A model generated the notes under the pieces. It was not told the origin of the DNA and did not search any database. It saw only the letters and a list, made by a program, of their open reading frames with translations. A DNA stretch of 64,000 bases from Vitreimonas sp. (lineage in GTDB: Bacteria; Patescibacteriota; Microgenomatia; UBA1400; PJMF01), in the NCBI GenBank assembly GCA_035627515.1, contig DASPLQ010000012.1:778331-842330 (forward strand), read 5' to 3'. Below are positions 46,655-58,715 of the stretch, piece by piece. Position 1 is the stretch's first letter, and each line of letters starts with the position of its first letter. The position numbers and the translations under genes are program-made.

Positions 46655-47119
46655 ATGGCAGGATTTACAGTAGAACACTCACGAGTAGGGAATGATGCCG
46701 GCAGTTTAACAGCATGGTTATTAAATATGGTTCGAGGGCAAGAAGAAGGTGGTCAATCTGATTCTAATCGTGTTGAGGCTGGAGCCATTGTTTGGCAGTG
46801 GAATCAAAATGGTGCTACTTCCCACATTGACCAAGACCATCTCACTCAGAGTGTTAATATGCTGAAGCACCATGATGACGAGAGATTCCAGGCAGCTTTA
46901 GAGAGTTTCACTGTTATTGCTCCTAGTACCCAAGTAGCAAGTCAAGTAACCTACAGGGAATGCAAACTAATGCTAACTCTTGATGATCAGCGCCAAGTTC
47001 CTCAACAACAAGTTGAAACAGTTTTACAGATGTTAGTTCAAAACAATATTCCTTTTAGTGTAAAGATCGAGGACGCAGTTGATCCTAGAAAAGACGCATT
47101 AGTGATCCGAGTTTATTAA
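46655..47119 (+). CDS. hypothetical protein H2 (154 aa)
   Basis: ORF between H1 and H3. No motif. Confidence 0.4.
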   Translation: MAGFTVEHSRVGNDAGSLTAWLLNMVRGQEEGGQSDSNRVEAGAIVWQWNQNGATSHIDQDHLTQSVNMLKHHDDERFQAALESFTVIAPSTQVASQVTYRECKLMLTLDDQRQVPQQQVETVLQMLVQNNIPFSVKIEDAVDPRKDALVIRVY

Positions 47120-47137
47120 CCTCAAGCAGAGTGCTTT

Positions 47138-47800
47138 ATGACTCCAGAAGATAATCATAAGCATTGGTATGAGTTAACGGTTTATGATTTGTCTGAAAAG
47201 GAGCGCTTTGCACTCCAAAATAGTATTGCTCGAGCCTTATTGCAGTTTGATCTCAAGGTAGGTGTCGCAGAGGGAGAGCTGAAGGCACTGTACTTTGCTA
47301 ACAGACTTAGTATCGAGTTCCCACATTGGGCTTATCAATTAGTGCAAACTGTTCTCGAAAAGCATTTCCCAAATATCACCTATGAAGCGATTAAGATTGC
47401 TGAGCGAGACCCTAGTCACGAGCAAGGGGCTTTAGCGTTAGATATGGTCATGGCACTTGTTGCACGACAGAAATTACTGTCAGTATATGAAGCTCGGCTT
47501 TTAAAAGAGATGATAATCAAAAAAGAATGGGCCACTCATGGGTACATTTTTCCCGAAATTGTAAATGCAATTTTAGCTTTACCAGCTGAGGTAAGTACTA
47601 TCACTGGGTATCAGGCTAAATTACCACGAATCTTAAAAAGGCCAAGTAAAATTAATTACTTTAGAGGTAGTGAAGGTATTACTCCCAAAGAGATGGGAAT
47701 ACTTAAAACTGCCATCGAAAACCTAGTCAATCAACAACAAATTTACTTTTTAAGTTCTAAGATAGATGACGAGTGGATCGAAGACGAGCGGAAAGACTGA
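47138..47800 (+). CDS. hypothetical protein H3 (220 aa)
   Basis: ORF immediately upstream of fusA. No motif. Confidence 0.45.
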   Translation: MTPEDNHKHWYELTVYDLSEKERFALQNSIARALLQFDLKVGVAEGELKALYFANRLSIEFPHWAYQLVQTVLEKHFPNITYEAIKIAERDPSHEQGALALDMVMALVARQKLLSVYEARLLKEMIIKKEWATHGYIFPEIVNAILALPAEVSTITGYQAKLPRILKRPSKINYFRGSEGITPKEMGILKTAIENLVNQQQIYFLSSKIDDEWIEDERKD

Positions 47801-47914
47801 TTTCCACACCTTCCCTCAGAGCGGTTTTCTCGGTATAATCCTCTGTTACTTTGCCCAAAAGTTTTGTGCATATTTAAATACGTAATACACTTCGTCATTT
47901 GACAGAGGACATAT

Positions 47915-50062
47915 ATGGCAGGTCAACAAACCGTCAAAACTACCAACCGTAACCTTCCGCTCGATCGGATTCGGAACATCGGTATTATTGCTCACATCGA
48001 CGCTGGTAAGACCACTACTACTGAGCGCATTCTTTATTACACTGGTAAGTCCTACAAAATTGGTGAAGTTCATGAAGGTGCTACCCAAATGGACTGGATG
48101 GACCAAGAGCGTGAGCGTGGTATTACAATCGTGTCAGCTGCCACAACAACTTTCTGGACTCCTGTTTTCGACACCCACTTAACTAAAGATTCTTACCGCT
48201 TCAATATCATCGATACTCCAGGACACGTGGACTTCACTGCCGAAGTGGAGCGCTCACTACGCGTGCTCGATGGTGGTATCACTGTGCTCGATGCCGAAGA
48301 GGGTGTACAGTCACAATCAGAAACTGTTTGGCGCCAAGCTGACAAATACAATGTGCCTCGGATCTGTTTCGTCAACAAAATGGACAAGCTCGGTGCTGAT
48401 TTCATGCGCACGATTCAAGATATCCGTGACAAATTCGGCGTCAAACCAGCCATCATGGTCTTGCCAATTGGTGTCGAAGATACTTTCAAAGGCGTGATCC
48501 AGTTACTCGAGCGCAAAGCTTGGGTGTGGGAAAAAGGTCACTTAGGTGCTGAGTACAATGAAGTCGAGATTCCAGCCGAGATGAAGGATGATGTCGAGAA
48601 GTATCGTTCACAATTAATTGAACAAATTTCCGAAACTGATGATGCTTTGTTAGAAAAATATTTAGCTGGTGAAGAACCCTCAGTGGCTGAATTGAAGGCC
48701 GCTTTACGTGCTGCCACTATTGGTTACAAATTAGTGCCTATTTATTGTGGTTCATCGTTGCGCAACACTGGTGTACAAATTCTCTTAGATGCAGTCGTTG
48801 AGTACTTACCATCTCCTCAAGACATCGTAGAAATCAAAGGCACTCACCCCAAAACTGGTGAGGAAGAAGTTCGGCAACTTGTTCCTGAAGAGCCTTTCTG
48901 TGGTTTGGCCTTCAAGATCCAAACCGATCCTCACGTGGGTCGTTTGACCTATGTCCGGATTTATTCTGGCAAATTGGCTTCAGGTTCCTATACGTTTAAC
49001 TCCACTCGCAAAGCTCGCGAGCGCGTGGGTCGCTTGCTGTTAATGCATGCCAACCAACGTGAAGAAATCACTGAAGCTTTTGCTGGTGAGATCGTCGCTA
49101 TTGTGGGTTTGAAGGACACCAAAACTGGTGACTCACTCTGTGACGAAGGCAAGCCGATTGTGCTCGAAGGTATCAGCTTTGCTGATCCGGTGATTTCCTT
49201 AGCAATTGAACCTAAGACTAAGTCTGACCAAGAAAAGATGGGTGTAGCTTTAGGTAAATTAGCTGAAGAAGACCCCACCTTCCAAATTAAGAGTGATCAA
49301 GAGACCGGTCAAACCATTATTGCCGGTATGGGTGAGTTGCACTTAGAAATTTTGGTTGACCGCATGAAACGCGAGTTCAAAGTAGATGCCAATGTGGGTG
49401 CGCCTCAGGTAGCTTACAAAGAAACTATTAAAGTGGCTGCTGATGGTGAAGGTAAATACATCAAACAAACTGGTGGTCGCGGTCAATATGGTCACGTCTT
49501 ACTCAAAGTCGAGCCTAAAGATCGTGGAACTGGTTATGAATTTGTTAACGCCATCACTGGTGGTACCGTGCCTAAAGAGTACATCGAGCCGACTAATAAA
49601 GGTATCCAAGAGTCATTGGAAAGAGGTTTCATTGCTGGTTTCCCAATGAGTGATATCAAAGTCACTTTGTATGACGGGTCATTCCACGAAGTGGACTCTA
49701 GTGAACTGTCATTTAAAATGGCAGGCTCACTGGGTATGCGTGACGCCATTTCTCGCGCTCAAGCCGTGATCTTGGAACCAATCATGAAAGTGGAAGTCAC
49801 TACCCCTGATGAATTTATGGGTGATGTGATTGGTGACCTCGGTGCTCGCCGGGCTCAAATCCAAGGTACTGCTAACCGTAACAATGTCACGATCATTACC
49901 GCTTTGGTGCCCTTAGCTCAAATGCAAGGTTATGTGACTATCTTACGGTCCATGACCCAAGGCCGTGCTTCCTCAGTGATGTTACCAAGTCACTACGAAG
50001 AAGTGCCTTCTAGTATTCAAGCTAAATTAATCGAAGAGAGAAAAGGGATTAACGTTCGGTAA
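47915..50062 (+). CDS. fusA: elongation factor G
   Basis: GTPase G1-G4 motifs ([21 protein letters not shown]) and EF-G domains II-V. Confidence 0.95.
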   Translation: MAGQQTVKTTNRNLPLDRIRNIGIIAHIDAGKTTTTERILYYTGKSYKIGEVHEGATQMDWMDQERERGITIVSAATTTFWTPVFDTHLTKDSYRFNIIDTPGHVDFTAEVERSLRVLDGGITVLDAEEGVQSQSETVWRQADKYNVPRICFVNKMDKLGADFMRTIQDIRDKFGVKPAIMVLPIGVEDTFKGVIQLLERKAWVWEKGHLGAEYNEVEIPAEMKDDVEKYRSQLIEQISETDDALLEKYLAGEEPSVAELKAALRAATIGYKLVPIYCGSSLRNTGVQILLDAVVEYLPSPQDIVEIKGTHPKTGEEEVRQLVPEEPFCGLAFKIQTDPHVGRLTYVRIYSGKLASGSYTFNSTRKARERVGRLLLMHANQREEITEAFAGEIVAIVGLKDTKTGDSLCDEGKPIVLEGISFADPVISLAIEPKTKSDQEKMGVALGKLAEEDPTFQIKSDQETGQTIIAGMGELHLEILVDRMKREFKVDANVGAPQVAYKETIKVAADGEGKYIKQTGGRGQYGHVLLKVEPKDRGTGYEFVNAITGGTVPKEYIEPTNKGIQESLERGFIAGFPMSDIKVTLYDGSFHEVDSSELSFKMAGSLGMRDAISRAQAVILEPIMKVEVTTPDEFMGDVIGDLGARRAQIQGTANRNNVTIITALVPLAQMQGYVTILRSMTQGRASSVMLPSHYEEVPSSIQAKLIEERKGINVR

Positions 50063-50085
50063 ACTCTCATAGTTACACAGAGAAA

Positions 50086-50113
50086 GGGGTGCCCAGCCGG
50101 GCGCCCCTTTTTT
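50086..50113 (+). terminator. intrinsic terminator after fusA
   Basis: GGGGTGCCC-agcc-GGGCGCCCC followed by TTTTTT. Confidence 0.8.
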
Positions 50114-50184
50114 ATTACTTCTTTTTAACACCTTTTGGCATTTTTATTGACATGCTATGCTCCCTTAAGTAACAGAAAGGCCAT

Positions 50185-50628
50185 ATGGTTATTGAGCAGT
50201 TAAGCAAGCCAGATTTTAGCAATTTCATTAACTATACTATTCAATATTGGGAACTAATTGATAAATTTAATAAAAAAAATGAGAGCTTTGAGGAAGAGGA
50301 TGTGGAGACATTTCTAGGTGTATGTGCGCTATTAATTGAGTTTGCCCGTTTAGATAGAGAAGTGCAGCCGGCGGTAATCAGAATGTTTACCGGTGTGATC
50401 GATGAGACTGAAAGGCCCTCATCATCTAATGCATTAACTGAAGAGCAAAAACGGCAACAGGAAATCTTTCAAGCCTGGTTTGAGACAGAAATTTCATTGG
50501 CATTGTTGGTAGAGAATGCACACACTTTTAAAGAAGCCTTGCGCAAACTTAAAGTTAGTGCCGATCGTCCGATTATGAAAATCTTGCAAAACAGAAAGAG
50601 AACCACTCATGCAAAGCTGGCGAGTTAG
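50185..50628 (+). CDS. hypothetical protein H4 (147 aa), member of a family of small proteins interleaved in the str/S10 region
   Basis: Shares the FINYTIQ and EEDVETFLGVCALLIEF segments with H6 and H7 (FINEIRT / DDELETFFPIIAMIF). Confidence 0.45.
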   Translation: MVIEQLSKPDFSNFINYTIQYWELIDKFNKKNESFEEEDVETFLGVCALLIEFARLDREVQPAVIRMFTGVIDETERPSSSNALTEEQKRQQEIFQAWFETEISLALLVENAHTFKEALRKLKVSADRPIMKILQNRKRTTHAKLAS

Positions 50629-51322
50629 GATGGAGAATGGAAGTAATTATCTGGAGAGAATGGCTCCCGATCAGCTTTCATTGCAGCCTCTTGTTTCATC
50701 ACTGCTGGAGTTAAAAGCTCCTAAGAGGCAGCGGCTGAGGTTGCGTCGTCAGCGCCAGTACTTTGTTTCATATCTTGATAAATTATCTTCACATGAGCTG
50801 CCATCGGCTGAGTTACAAGCAGAGTTAGAGACATTTATTCAATCTACCCATTCACTTTACTTGGAAACACTGACCTTAATTGATAGTAGTTTTGGATCAG
50901 CTACGGAAGCTGAAATAAAAATCAAAAGTGAGCAGCGGAAAAATGGGGAGATTATTACTGTAAGATCAGCTGCAGAGACAAAAAGATTAATTGATCTTGA
51001 GTATTTGTTTTTTTGTTACTCGCGGTGGGCGGCGGTGTTGGTGCGTGAGCGATTTGTGGAGGCACTCCAGAATATCGAAGATGAGCTTACAGTGACCGGG
51101 GCTGTAATTTGTAGTGAGAGCGAGCACGTGGAGGGAGTAGGAGCACACCAGAGTTTTATGGAGATATATATTGAAGTTCCTCTCACTACCCTTAACCAAA
51201 CTTTGGCTATTCTTGAGAAAATAGGTATTACGTACGATCTTTCAACTCTGCAATCCACTGATGGGATAGTAGCCTTAGAAATTTTCAATGAACCCGCTTT
51301 TTCAAGCAGTACTAAGGGATAG
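50609..51322 (+). CDS. hypothetical protein H5 (237 aa)
   Basis: Overlaps H4 by 20 nt. Contains an AELETFIQ segment resembling the family motif. Confidence 0.45.
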   Translation: MQSWRVRMENGSNYLERMAPDQLSLQPLVSSLLELKAPKRQRLRLRRQRQYFVSYLDKLSSHELPSAELQAELETFIQSTHSLYLETLTLIDSSFGSATEAEIKIKSEQRKNGEIITVRSAAETKRLIDLEYLFFCYSRWAAVLVRERFVEALQNIEDELTVTGAVICSESEHVEGVGAHQSFMEIYIEVPLTTLNQTLAILEKIGITYDLSTLQSTDGIVALEIFNEPAFSSSTKG

Positions 51323-51395
51323 AGAGTAAGTTCACTATAAAAAGTTTTTTTATGATGAGTAAACTCATCGATAATGTCCGCACTAAAACCTCCCT

Positions 51396-51424
51396 TTGCC
51401 AACTTGCCCCAGAGGCTTTATAAT
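51396..51424 (+). promoter_or_regulatory. sigma70-like promoter for tuf
   Basis: TTGCCA -17 nt- TATAAT, about 105 nt upstream of the tuf ATG. Confidence 0.6.
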
Positions 51425-51528
51425 CAACTCTCGATTGTTTTCCAATCGCTCGTATTTTAGTATTAAGTACTTCTAGTTTAGTCATTAATAATTAGTAACT
51501 AGAAATTACCTTTACCGGGAGGACTCAT

Positions 51529-52725
<1,197 letters not shown>

Positions 52726-52767
52726 TTTTAGTTGATTGCGCTTAGCGCAATTGCATTGAAAACAAAA

Positions 52768-52796
52768 GCCCTCTCCGCTTATGGAGGGGGCTTTTT
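52768..52796 (+). terminator. intrinsic terminator after tuf
   Basis: GCCCTCTCC-gcttat-GGAGGGGGC followed by TTTTT. A second small hairpin (TTGCGCTtAGCGCAA) lies just upstream. Confidence 0.8.
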
Positions 52797-52844
52797 GGTA
52801 GAAAAATTTTTATCAGTGGTAAAATAATCAACACTTTATTTCCT

Positions 52845-53369
52845 ATGTCATTTTTACTCAAGTATCGTGAGCTTGGTATTTTTCCCCACCCATGGAAATG
52901 GAGAGACTATGAAGTGGGTGATGATGTGCGCTTATTAGCCTTCATTAATGAAATCAGAACGCCATTTACTTCCAAAAGGCGAATCAAAAAAGTTATTAAG
53001 CAATTGCAGTCCGTCGATCAAATTCATCAATTAAGTAGCCAAGATGATGAGTTAGAGACTTTTTTCCCTATCATTGCCATGATCTTTAGAAGGGAGTTAT
53101 CAGACAGTTTACAAAAAGTTATTATCCAGCCCCCCCAGCAGGTGTTTCGCCTCAAACCTGACCGTGAACTTGACCTGACTCAATTAGTCCGTATTAGCGC
53201 TAGCAGCACCGCCCCCGATAGCAGAGAACTGCAAGGCTATAAGTTTCATCCTTATTATGTGGAAACTGAAGCTGGAGCGATCAGTCTGGCCGCTAAAGTA
53301 CCTCAGCTAATTTTTGAGGATATTAGCTATATTATTTATCAAAAATTGTTGGCTGAAGCCAAGAAATAA
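52845..53369 (+). CDS. hypothetical protein H6 (174 aa), tandem paralog of H7
   Basis: Shared segments with H7: KYRE, ELETFFPIIAMIF vs ELELFFPLMAQLF, and HPYYVETEAGAISL vs FRYYAETELGYLTL. Confidence 0.5.
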   Translation: MSFLLKYRELGIFPHPWKWRDYEVGDDVRLLAFINEIRTPFTSKRRIKKVIKQLQSVDQIHQLSSQDDELETFFPIIAMIFRRELSDSLQKVIIQPPQQVFRLKPDRELDLTQLVRISASSTAPDSRELQGYKFHPYYVETEAGAISLAAKVPQLIFEDISYIIYQKLLAEAKK

Positions 53370-53417
53370 AATACTCACTGATTACACACATCAAATGGAG
53401 TGCTAGAATAACTGACT

Positions 53418-53933
53418 ATGAGCATGAGAGTTGGGGTAAAGTACCGAGAGTTTATAGAATTCAGTGACATCGAAAGATGGTCAGTGTTTAAATCAAAACC
53501 AGAAGCCTACGCATTTATCTCAACTATAACTCAACCCTTAGATACAGAGGAGTACCTACTCAGTATTATTGATTCTTTGGAAGATTATCGCCAACTGCAA
53601 GAAGTTCTCCCAGAAAGTAGAGAGCTGGAATTATTTTTCCCCCTCATGGCTCAGCTTTTTATTTTAAACAACCAAGAGCATGGCATACGGGTTCCACAAC
53701 GGTCTGCCAATGAGCGATACCGACGGGGGGCAAATTTAATAGTCCATCAACCATCAAATCGCTCTGTGCAAATTTACCCCTCACCTAAAGCACTGCACCC
53801 GTATGATGCTCCACACATATTCCGCTATTATGCTGAGACGGAATTAGGATATTTAACACTGCAAACGCGTGCGACTGATGCCGAGCGAAATAGTCTCAGG
53901 GAGATAATTTTTCAAGTGTTGAAGGGAACTTAA
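53418..53933 (+). CDS. hypothetical protein H7 (171 aa), tandem paralog of H6
   Basis: See H6. Confidence 0.5.
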   Translation: MSMRVGVKYREFIEFSDIERWSVFKSKPEAYAFISTITQPLDTEEYLLSIIDSLEDYRQLQEVLPESRELELFFPLMAQLFILNNQEHGIRVPQRSANERYRRGANLIVHQPSNRSVQIYPSPKALHPYDAPHIFRYYAETELGYLTLQTRATDAERNSLREIIFQVLKGT

Positions 53934-54020
53934 GTTTCTCTCAGGGTTGTAAAAAAAGGTGGTAAAAAGAGAGTATTTGCAGCTATGAAGTGGGAAGAGC
54001 AGCCGGCTCAAAACTCCCCT

Positions 54021-54050
54021 CTTGCTACCAGGTGAAATTCTCTGTATAAT
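54021..54050 (+). promoter_or_regulatory. sigma70-like promoter for the S10 operon
   Basis: TTGCTA -17 nt- TATAAT, about 75 nt upstream of rpsJ. Coordinates +/-1. Confidence 0.6.
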
Positions 54051-54123
54051 CACGCTCTGTCTTTAAAAATGTAAGAGGATTGATAAAAATTCGTAAGAAG
54101 CGAAATTTAACAAGTGAAACAGT

Positions 54124-54450
54124 ATGGCAGCGACCACATCTACAGCTAGCTACAAAATCCGAGTCCGGCTTAAGGCCTATGATCATCGGGTGATTGACGA
54201 AGCTTCTAAAAAGATTTTAGAAACTGCTTTATCAACCGGTGCTAAAGTAATTGGTCCGGTGCCTTTGCCAACTAACCACAAATGGTTTACTGTTTTGGCA
54301 TCACCACATACTGATAAAGATGCTCAAGAGCATTACACAATCCGAACGCACAAACGCTTAATTGAAATTGTCAATCCAACTGGTAAAACTATTGATTCTC
54401 TAATGCACTTAGAGTTACCAGCCGGTGTTGATATTCAAATTAAGATGTAG
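54124..54450 (+). CDS. rpsJ: 30S ribosomal protein S10
   Basis: [15 protein letters not shown]...conserved S10 fold sequence. Confidence 0.9.
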   Translation: MAATTSTASYKIRVRLKAYDHRVIDEASKKILETALSTGAKVIGPVPLPTNHKWFTVLASPHTDKDAQEHYTIRTHKRLIEIVNPTGKTIDSLMHLELPAGVDIQIKM

Positions 54451-54505
54451 CCTCCTCGTGAGTCTACTTTTTTAATGACAAAAATAAACAAAAAAAAAGA
54501 TATAT

Positions 54506-55240
54506 ATGTTAACGACAGTATTCGCCACCAAACTCGGCATGACCCAGGCTTGGACCAAAGAGGGCAAGCGCATGGCTGTGACTCGTTGTAAAGTCACACC
54601 GAATGTAGTCGTTGGTACTCAAAATCCCCAAGAAAAATCAGTTGTTTTAGAAATTGGTTACGGCACTAAAAAGCTCAAAAACATGAACAAACCACTCAGA
54701 TCGCAATTAGAGAAGAGTGGTTTTTCAATGGGTATTACCCAAGTCAAAGGCGTAAAAGTCGCTCTTGATGGTGAAACCCCAGCTCCTAAAGCTGGTGACA
54801 GTATTACTATTGATCAAGTTTTACAAATCGGTGATATCGTCAAAGTTCAAGGCATCACTAAAGGTCGCGGCTTTGCTGGTGCCGTCAAACGCCATGGTTT
54901 TGCTGGTGGCCCTGAAACTCACGGTCAATCAGATCGTGTCCGTGCTGTCGGTTCTATCGGCGCTGGTACTACTCCAGGTCGTGTTTTCAAAGGCAAACGC
55001 ATGCCTGGCCATTATGGTGTCGATACCAAAACTGTGACTGGGTTAGTCATTTTACACATCGATCCTACTACGCAAGAAGTATGGTTGAGCGGTCCAGTCC
55101 CTGGCCACAATCAAGCAGTCGTACGAATTTTGAAAACCGGTCAAACGAAGCAAGTTGAATTATTAAACGTGCAAAAATCTGAAGCTGTGGTCGAAGCAGC
55201 TCCAGCTGAAGAAGCACCAGTAGCAGAGGCACAAGCATAA
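54506..55240 (+). CDS. rplC: 50S ribosomal protein L3
   Basis: KLGMTQAW...GFAGAVKRHGF motifs. Short Ala/Glu-rich C-terminal tail. Confidence 0.9.
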   Translation: MLTTVFATKLGMTQAWTKEGKRMAVTRCKVTPNVVVGTQNPQEKSVVLEIGYGTKKLKNMNKPLRSQLEKSGFSMGITQVKGVKVALDGETPAPKAGDSITIDQVLQIGDIVKVQGITKGRGFAGAVKRHGFAGGPETHGQSDRVRAVGSIGAGTTPGRVFKGKRMPGHYGVDTKTVTGLVILHIDPTTQEVWLSGPVPGHNQAVVRILKTGQTKQVELLNVQKSEAVVEAAPAEEAPVAEAQA

Positions 55241-55247
55241 GTATCTC

Positions 55248-56069
55248 ATGAAAGTCACACACGTTACTTCTACCGGCAAACACAGCGAACTCGCACTCAA
55301 TGATGCTGTGTTCGGTGCGCCCGCAAACTTGAGCTTATTAAGCCAAGCTGTGCGTGTGTACCAATCAAACTTGCGCCAAGGGAGTAGTAAGGTCAAAACC
55401 CGTTCTGAAATTAACCGCACTAAAAAGAAATGGTTTAAACAAAAAGGTACCGGTAATGCTCGCCATGGTGCTCGTACCTCCAACATCTTTGTAGGTGGTG
55501 GTGTTTCTCACGGTCCTAATGGTGAACAAAACTGGTCTTTAAACATGAGTCAAACTATGAAACACCAAGCTTTGGTTAATGCCTTGAGCATTCAAGCTTC
55601 CAAAATCGTGGTGCATGATGGTTTAAGCGCTTTGGGTGGTAAAACTGCTGAGGCCATGACCGCCTTGAAAGCTGTCGTCGAGCCTACTGAAAAAGTGTTA
55701 GTAATTATTCACAGTCCAACACTCAACATCATTCGCGGCTTGCGCAATGTAGAGACGGTCTTAGTTACCCAAGCTGATCGTGTCACCGCTTTAGAAGTTT
55801 CTTTAGCTGATAGAATTGTGTTAACGAGTGAAGCCATTACTACTTTAGAAAAACGCTTGACTGCTAAACCCACCAAACCAGCTGCTAAAACTGTAGCTGC
55901 AACCAGTGACAAAGCTGTCAAAGCTGAAACCAAAGCTCAGCCCGTTGCTAAAGCCGCCAAGCCCGCAGCCAAAAAAGCAGCGACTGCGCCTAAAGCTGAA
56001 CCTAAGAAAGCAGCCACCAAAAAAGCCGCTCCTAAAAAAGAAGCCGTGAAAGCTAAAAAAACTAAATAA
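55248..56069 (+). CDS. rplD: 50S ribosomal protein L4, with a ~70-aa Ala/Lys/Pro-rich C-terminal extension
   Basis: L4 core (KQKGTGNARHGARTSNIFVGGGVSHGP). Tail is AKPTKPAAKTVAATSDKAVKAETKAQPVAKAAKPAAKKAA... Confidence 0.9.
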   Translation: MKVTHVTSTGKHSELALNDAVFGAPANLSLLSQAVRVYQSNLRQGSSKVKTRSEINRTKKKWFKQKGTGNARHGARTSNIFVGGGVSHGPNGEQNWSLNMSQTMKHQALVNALSIQASKIVVHDGLSALGGKTAEAMTALKAVVEPTEKVLVIIHSPTLNIIRGLRNVETVLVTQADRVTALEVSLADRIVLTSEAITTLEKRLTAKPTKPAAKTVAATSDKAVKAETKAQPVAKAAKPAAKKAATAPKAEPKKAATKKAAPKKEAVKAKKTK

Positions 56070-56074
56070 ATATC

Positions 56075-56371
56075 ATGAACGCTTTTATTATTAAACAACC
56101 AGTCATTACCGAAAAATCAATGTTACTTGCTAACACTGAAAACACTTACACGTTTGAAGTGGCTCGCAATGCAAATAAACAACAGATTCAAGATGCTGTG
56201 GAAAAACTGTATGGTGTGGCAGTTGAGTCAGTCAACACCGTGGTGGGCCATAACTCACCAGTACGAACTGGTCGTAAACGTTTGAAGAGCGTCCAAACTA
56301 AAGTCAAAAAAGCTATGGTCAAGTTGAAAGCTGGTCAAACAATTGCCTTGTTTGACTTATCAGGGAACTAA
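56075..56371 (+). CDS. rplW: 50S ribosomal protein L23
   Basis: Typical L23 N-terminus (IIKQPVITEKS) and size. Confidence 0.9.
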   Translation: MNAFIIKQPVITEKSMLLANTENTYTFEVARNANKQQIQDAVEKLYGVAVESVNTVVGHNSPVRTGRKRLKSVQTKVKKAMVKLKAGQTIALFDLSGN

Positions 56372-56376
56372 GTATC

Positions 56377-57210
56377 ATGTTAATTAAACGTAAAGCTACT
56401 AGCGCCGGACGTCGACACCAAGTGTCGGTGGATCGCAGCCACCTTCACAAAGGTGAACCTGAAAAAGGGTTGATGGCTACCGGTCACTTGAAACGACAAG
56501 GTCGCGGCTATAAAGGTCGTATCACTGTCCGTCATCGTGGTGGTGGTGTCAAAAAACGTTTGCGAATTTTGGACTGGAAACGCAATAAGTTCGGCGTACC
56601 AGGCAAAATTGAGCGCTTAGAATATGATCCATTGCGCAGTGCAAACATCGCCTTAGTTATTTATAATGATGGTGAGAAACGCTACATGGTAGCACCTGAT
56701 GGTCTGAATGTTGGTCAAGAAGTGCTCTCAGGTCCCACTGCTGAAGTACGAGTTGGTAATGCTTTACCTTTAAAAAACATCCCTGTCGGAACTCCGATTC
56801 ATAACTTAGAGTTACACGCAGGTAAAGGTGGTCAAATCGTTCGCGGAGCAGGAACAGCAGCTTATATCCAAGCTAAAGAAGGTGCTATGGTGACTGTGCA
56901 GTTGCCTTCTCGAGAATTAAGATTGCTAAATGCCGAGTGTTTCGCTACAATCGGCCAAGTCGGAAATCAAGATCACAAAAACCAAAAAATTGGTAAAGCT
57001 GGCCGCAAGCGCTTAATGGGTATTCGTCCTGGAGTGCGGGGAACTGCACAACATCCAGACAGTCACCCACATGGTGGTGGTGAAGGCCGGAGTGGTATTG
57101 GTCTCAAATATCCCAAGACTCCATGGGGCAAACATGCCTTGGGTACTAAGACACGTAATAAACGCAAGAACAGTAGTAAGTATATTGTGAGAGATAGAAG
57201 AGTTAAGTAA
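56377..57210 (+). CDS. rplB: 50S ribosomal protein L2
   Basis: Conserved L2 motifs (GRNxxGxIT-like region, PGVRGTAQHPDSHPHGGGEG). Confidence 0.95.
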   Translation: MLIKRKATSAGRRHQVSVDRSHLHKGEPEKGLMATGHLKRQGRGYKGRITVRHRGGGVKKRLRILDWKRNKFGVPGKIERLEYDPLRSANIALVIYNDGEKRYMVAPDGLNVGQEVLSGPTAEVRVGNALPLKNIPVGTPIHNLELHAGKGGQIVRGAGTAAYIQAKEGAMVTVQLPSRELRLLNAECFATIGQVGNQDHKNQKIGKAGRKRLMGIRPGVRGTAQHPDSHPHGGGEGRSGIGLKYPKTPWGKHALGTKTRNKRKNSSKYIVRDRRVK

Positions 57211-57271
57211 AATCCAAATCCCAAAATCCAAACGTTAAAATTGGATTTTGAAATTTGAAACTTGGAATTTG
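57211..57271 (+). repeat. A/T-rich hairpin repeat, copy X2 (related to X1 at 36347..36396), in the rplB-rpsS spacer
   Basis: AAAATCCAAATCCCAAAATCCAAACGttaaaaTTGGATTTTGAAATTTGAAACTTGGAATTT, with a perfect 10-bp stem CAAAATCCAA/TTGGATTTTG. Starts right after the rplB stop codon. Confidence 0.5.
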
Positions 57272-57277
57272 AGCACT

Positions 57278-57562
57278 ATGTCTAGATCAAGTAAAAAAGG
57301 ACCATTTATTGACCCAAAGCTCTTAAAAAAGGTTTTGGCTCAGAAATCGTCAGGCACTAAAGCTCCTATCAAAACTTGGAGCCGGTCATGTGTGATTTCA
57401 CCTGACTTTGTAGGTCACACGTTTATGGTGCATCAAGGTAAGAAGTTTGTAGAGGTATTTGTTAGTGAGGCCATGGTGGGTCACAAGCTGGGAGAATTTG
57501 CTCCAACTCGTAACTTCCGCGGTCACGGTAAAGTGGTTAAACGCGTCTTGAGTAAGACGTAA
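57278..57562 (+). CDS. rpsS: 30S ribosomal protein S19
   Basis: [12 protein letters not shown]...[12 protein letters not shown]...[11 protein letters not shown]. The track ORF begins at an upstream TTG at 57248 inside the repeat. Confidence 0.9.
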   Translation: MSRSSKKGPFIDPKLLKKVLAQKSSGTKAPIKTWSRSCVISPDFVGHTFMVHQGKKFVEVFVSEAMVGHKLGEFAPTRNFRGHGKVVKRVLSKT

Positions 57563-57606
57563 AAAATTGATCCGCCAGTTGGCGGACGAAAATTGGAATT
57601 TAAATA

Positions 57607-58026
57607 ATGTTAATTACGGCACAGCAAAAATACATTCGTCAGACACCACGCAAGTTGCGTTTGGTGGCTAACACTGTCAAGAAATTGAGCTTGGATAAAG
57701 CCATCAATCAATTAGCAGTGATTGAACGCCGGGCTACTTTGCCAGTTATGAAAGTAGTCAAGCAAGCCGTCGCTAACGCTCTTAACAACCATAAATTACA
57801 GTTCAGCGACTTAGTATTAAAAGATATTCAAGTTGGTGAAGGTCCACGCTACCGCCGTTTTCGAGCTGTTAGTCGTGGTCGCGCTCATGACGTCAAGAAA
57901 AGAACCAGTCACGTGACTGTGACATTGATGACTCGTGACGAAATCAAGCCCGTTGCTGCCCCTGCAGCCGAGCCTGTTAAAAAAGCAGTTAAACAAGACA
58001 AGAGTACCAAAAAGGAGACTAAGTAA
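57607..58026 (+). CDS. rplV: 50S ribosomal protein L22, with a short Ala/Pro/Lys C-terminal tail
   Basis: L22 core (RKLRLVANTV...RFRAVSRGRAHDVKKRTSHVTV). Confidence 0.9.
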   Translation: MLITAQQKYIRQTPRKLRLVANTVKKLSLDKAINQLAVIERRATLPVMKVVKQAVANALNNHKLQFSDLVLKDIQVGEGPRYRRFRAVSRGRAHDVKKRTSHVTVTLMTRDEIKPVAAPAAEPVKKAVKQDKSTKKETK

Positions 58027-58055
58027 CTTCATTACAGGAGTTGCTCATCACGCAC

Positions 58056-58709
58056 ATGGGACAAAAAGTAAATCCAACTAGCTTTCGTATCGGTAACACT
58101 TTCACCTGGAAATCACGCTGGTTTGCAGATAAAAGTAGTTACTCTGACACCATGCTCGAGGATTATTCCTTAAGAAAGTTCTTATCAGGAAAATTATCAA
58201 ATGCTGGTTTAGTCCAAATTGATATTGAACGATCATTAACAAGTATCAAAGTCATGTTATATGTTTCACGCCCTGGTGTTGTTATCGGCAAAGGTGGCGT
58301 AAACTTAGAAGCTATCAAAAAAGACATTGAACGCATTTTGAACGTCGCTAAAAAGAAAAAAGATAAAGTCCGCGTGGAATTAAAAGTTGAAGAAATTAAG
58401 AAACCTGATTTAAGTGCTCGCTTAGTAGCAGAACGAATTGCTGAGCAATTAATCAAACGTTTCCCTCACCGCCGTGCAGTGATGCAAGCTTTAGAAAAAG
58501 TGATGGGAGCCGGTGCTAAGGGCGTAAAAATCGCTTTGTCAGGTCGGATTGGTGGCGCCGAGATTGGTCGCAGTGAGAAATACTTCCAAGGAAGTGTGCC
58601 CACTCAAACTTTACGCGCTAATATTGATTATTACCAATCTCCAGCTCGTACTCGATCTGGATACGTGGGTATTAAGGTCTGGATTTATAAAGGTGAAGTA
58701 GTTCATTAA
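58056..58709 (+). CDS. rpsC: 30S ribosomal protein S3
   Basis: MGQKVNPTSFRIG N-terminus and KH domain. The track ORF starts 15 nt upstream at 58041. Confidence 0.9.
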   Translation: MGQKVNPTSFRIGNTFTWKSRWFADKSSYSDTMLEDYSLRKFLSGKLSNAGLVQIDIERSLTSIKVMLYVSRPGVVIGKGGVNLEAIKKDIERILNVAKKKKDKVRVELKVEEIKKPDLSARLVAERIAEQLIKRFPHRRAVMQALEKVMGAGAKGVKIALSGRIGGAEIGRSEKYFQGSVPTQTLRANIDYYQSPARTRSGYVGIKVWIYKGEVVH

Positions 58710-58715
58710 GAAGAT

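Noticed and set aside
47801-47914. A promoter immediately upstream of fusA (GGTATAAT at ~47853)
   Set aside because: There is a TATAAT hexamer but no convincing -35 or TGn at proper spacing. fusA may be read through from the upstream hypothetical ORFs.
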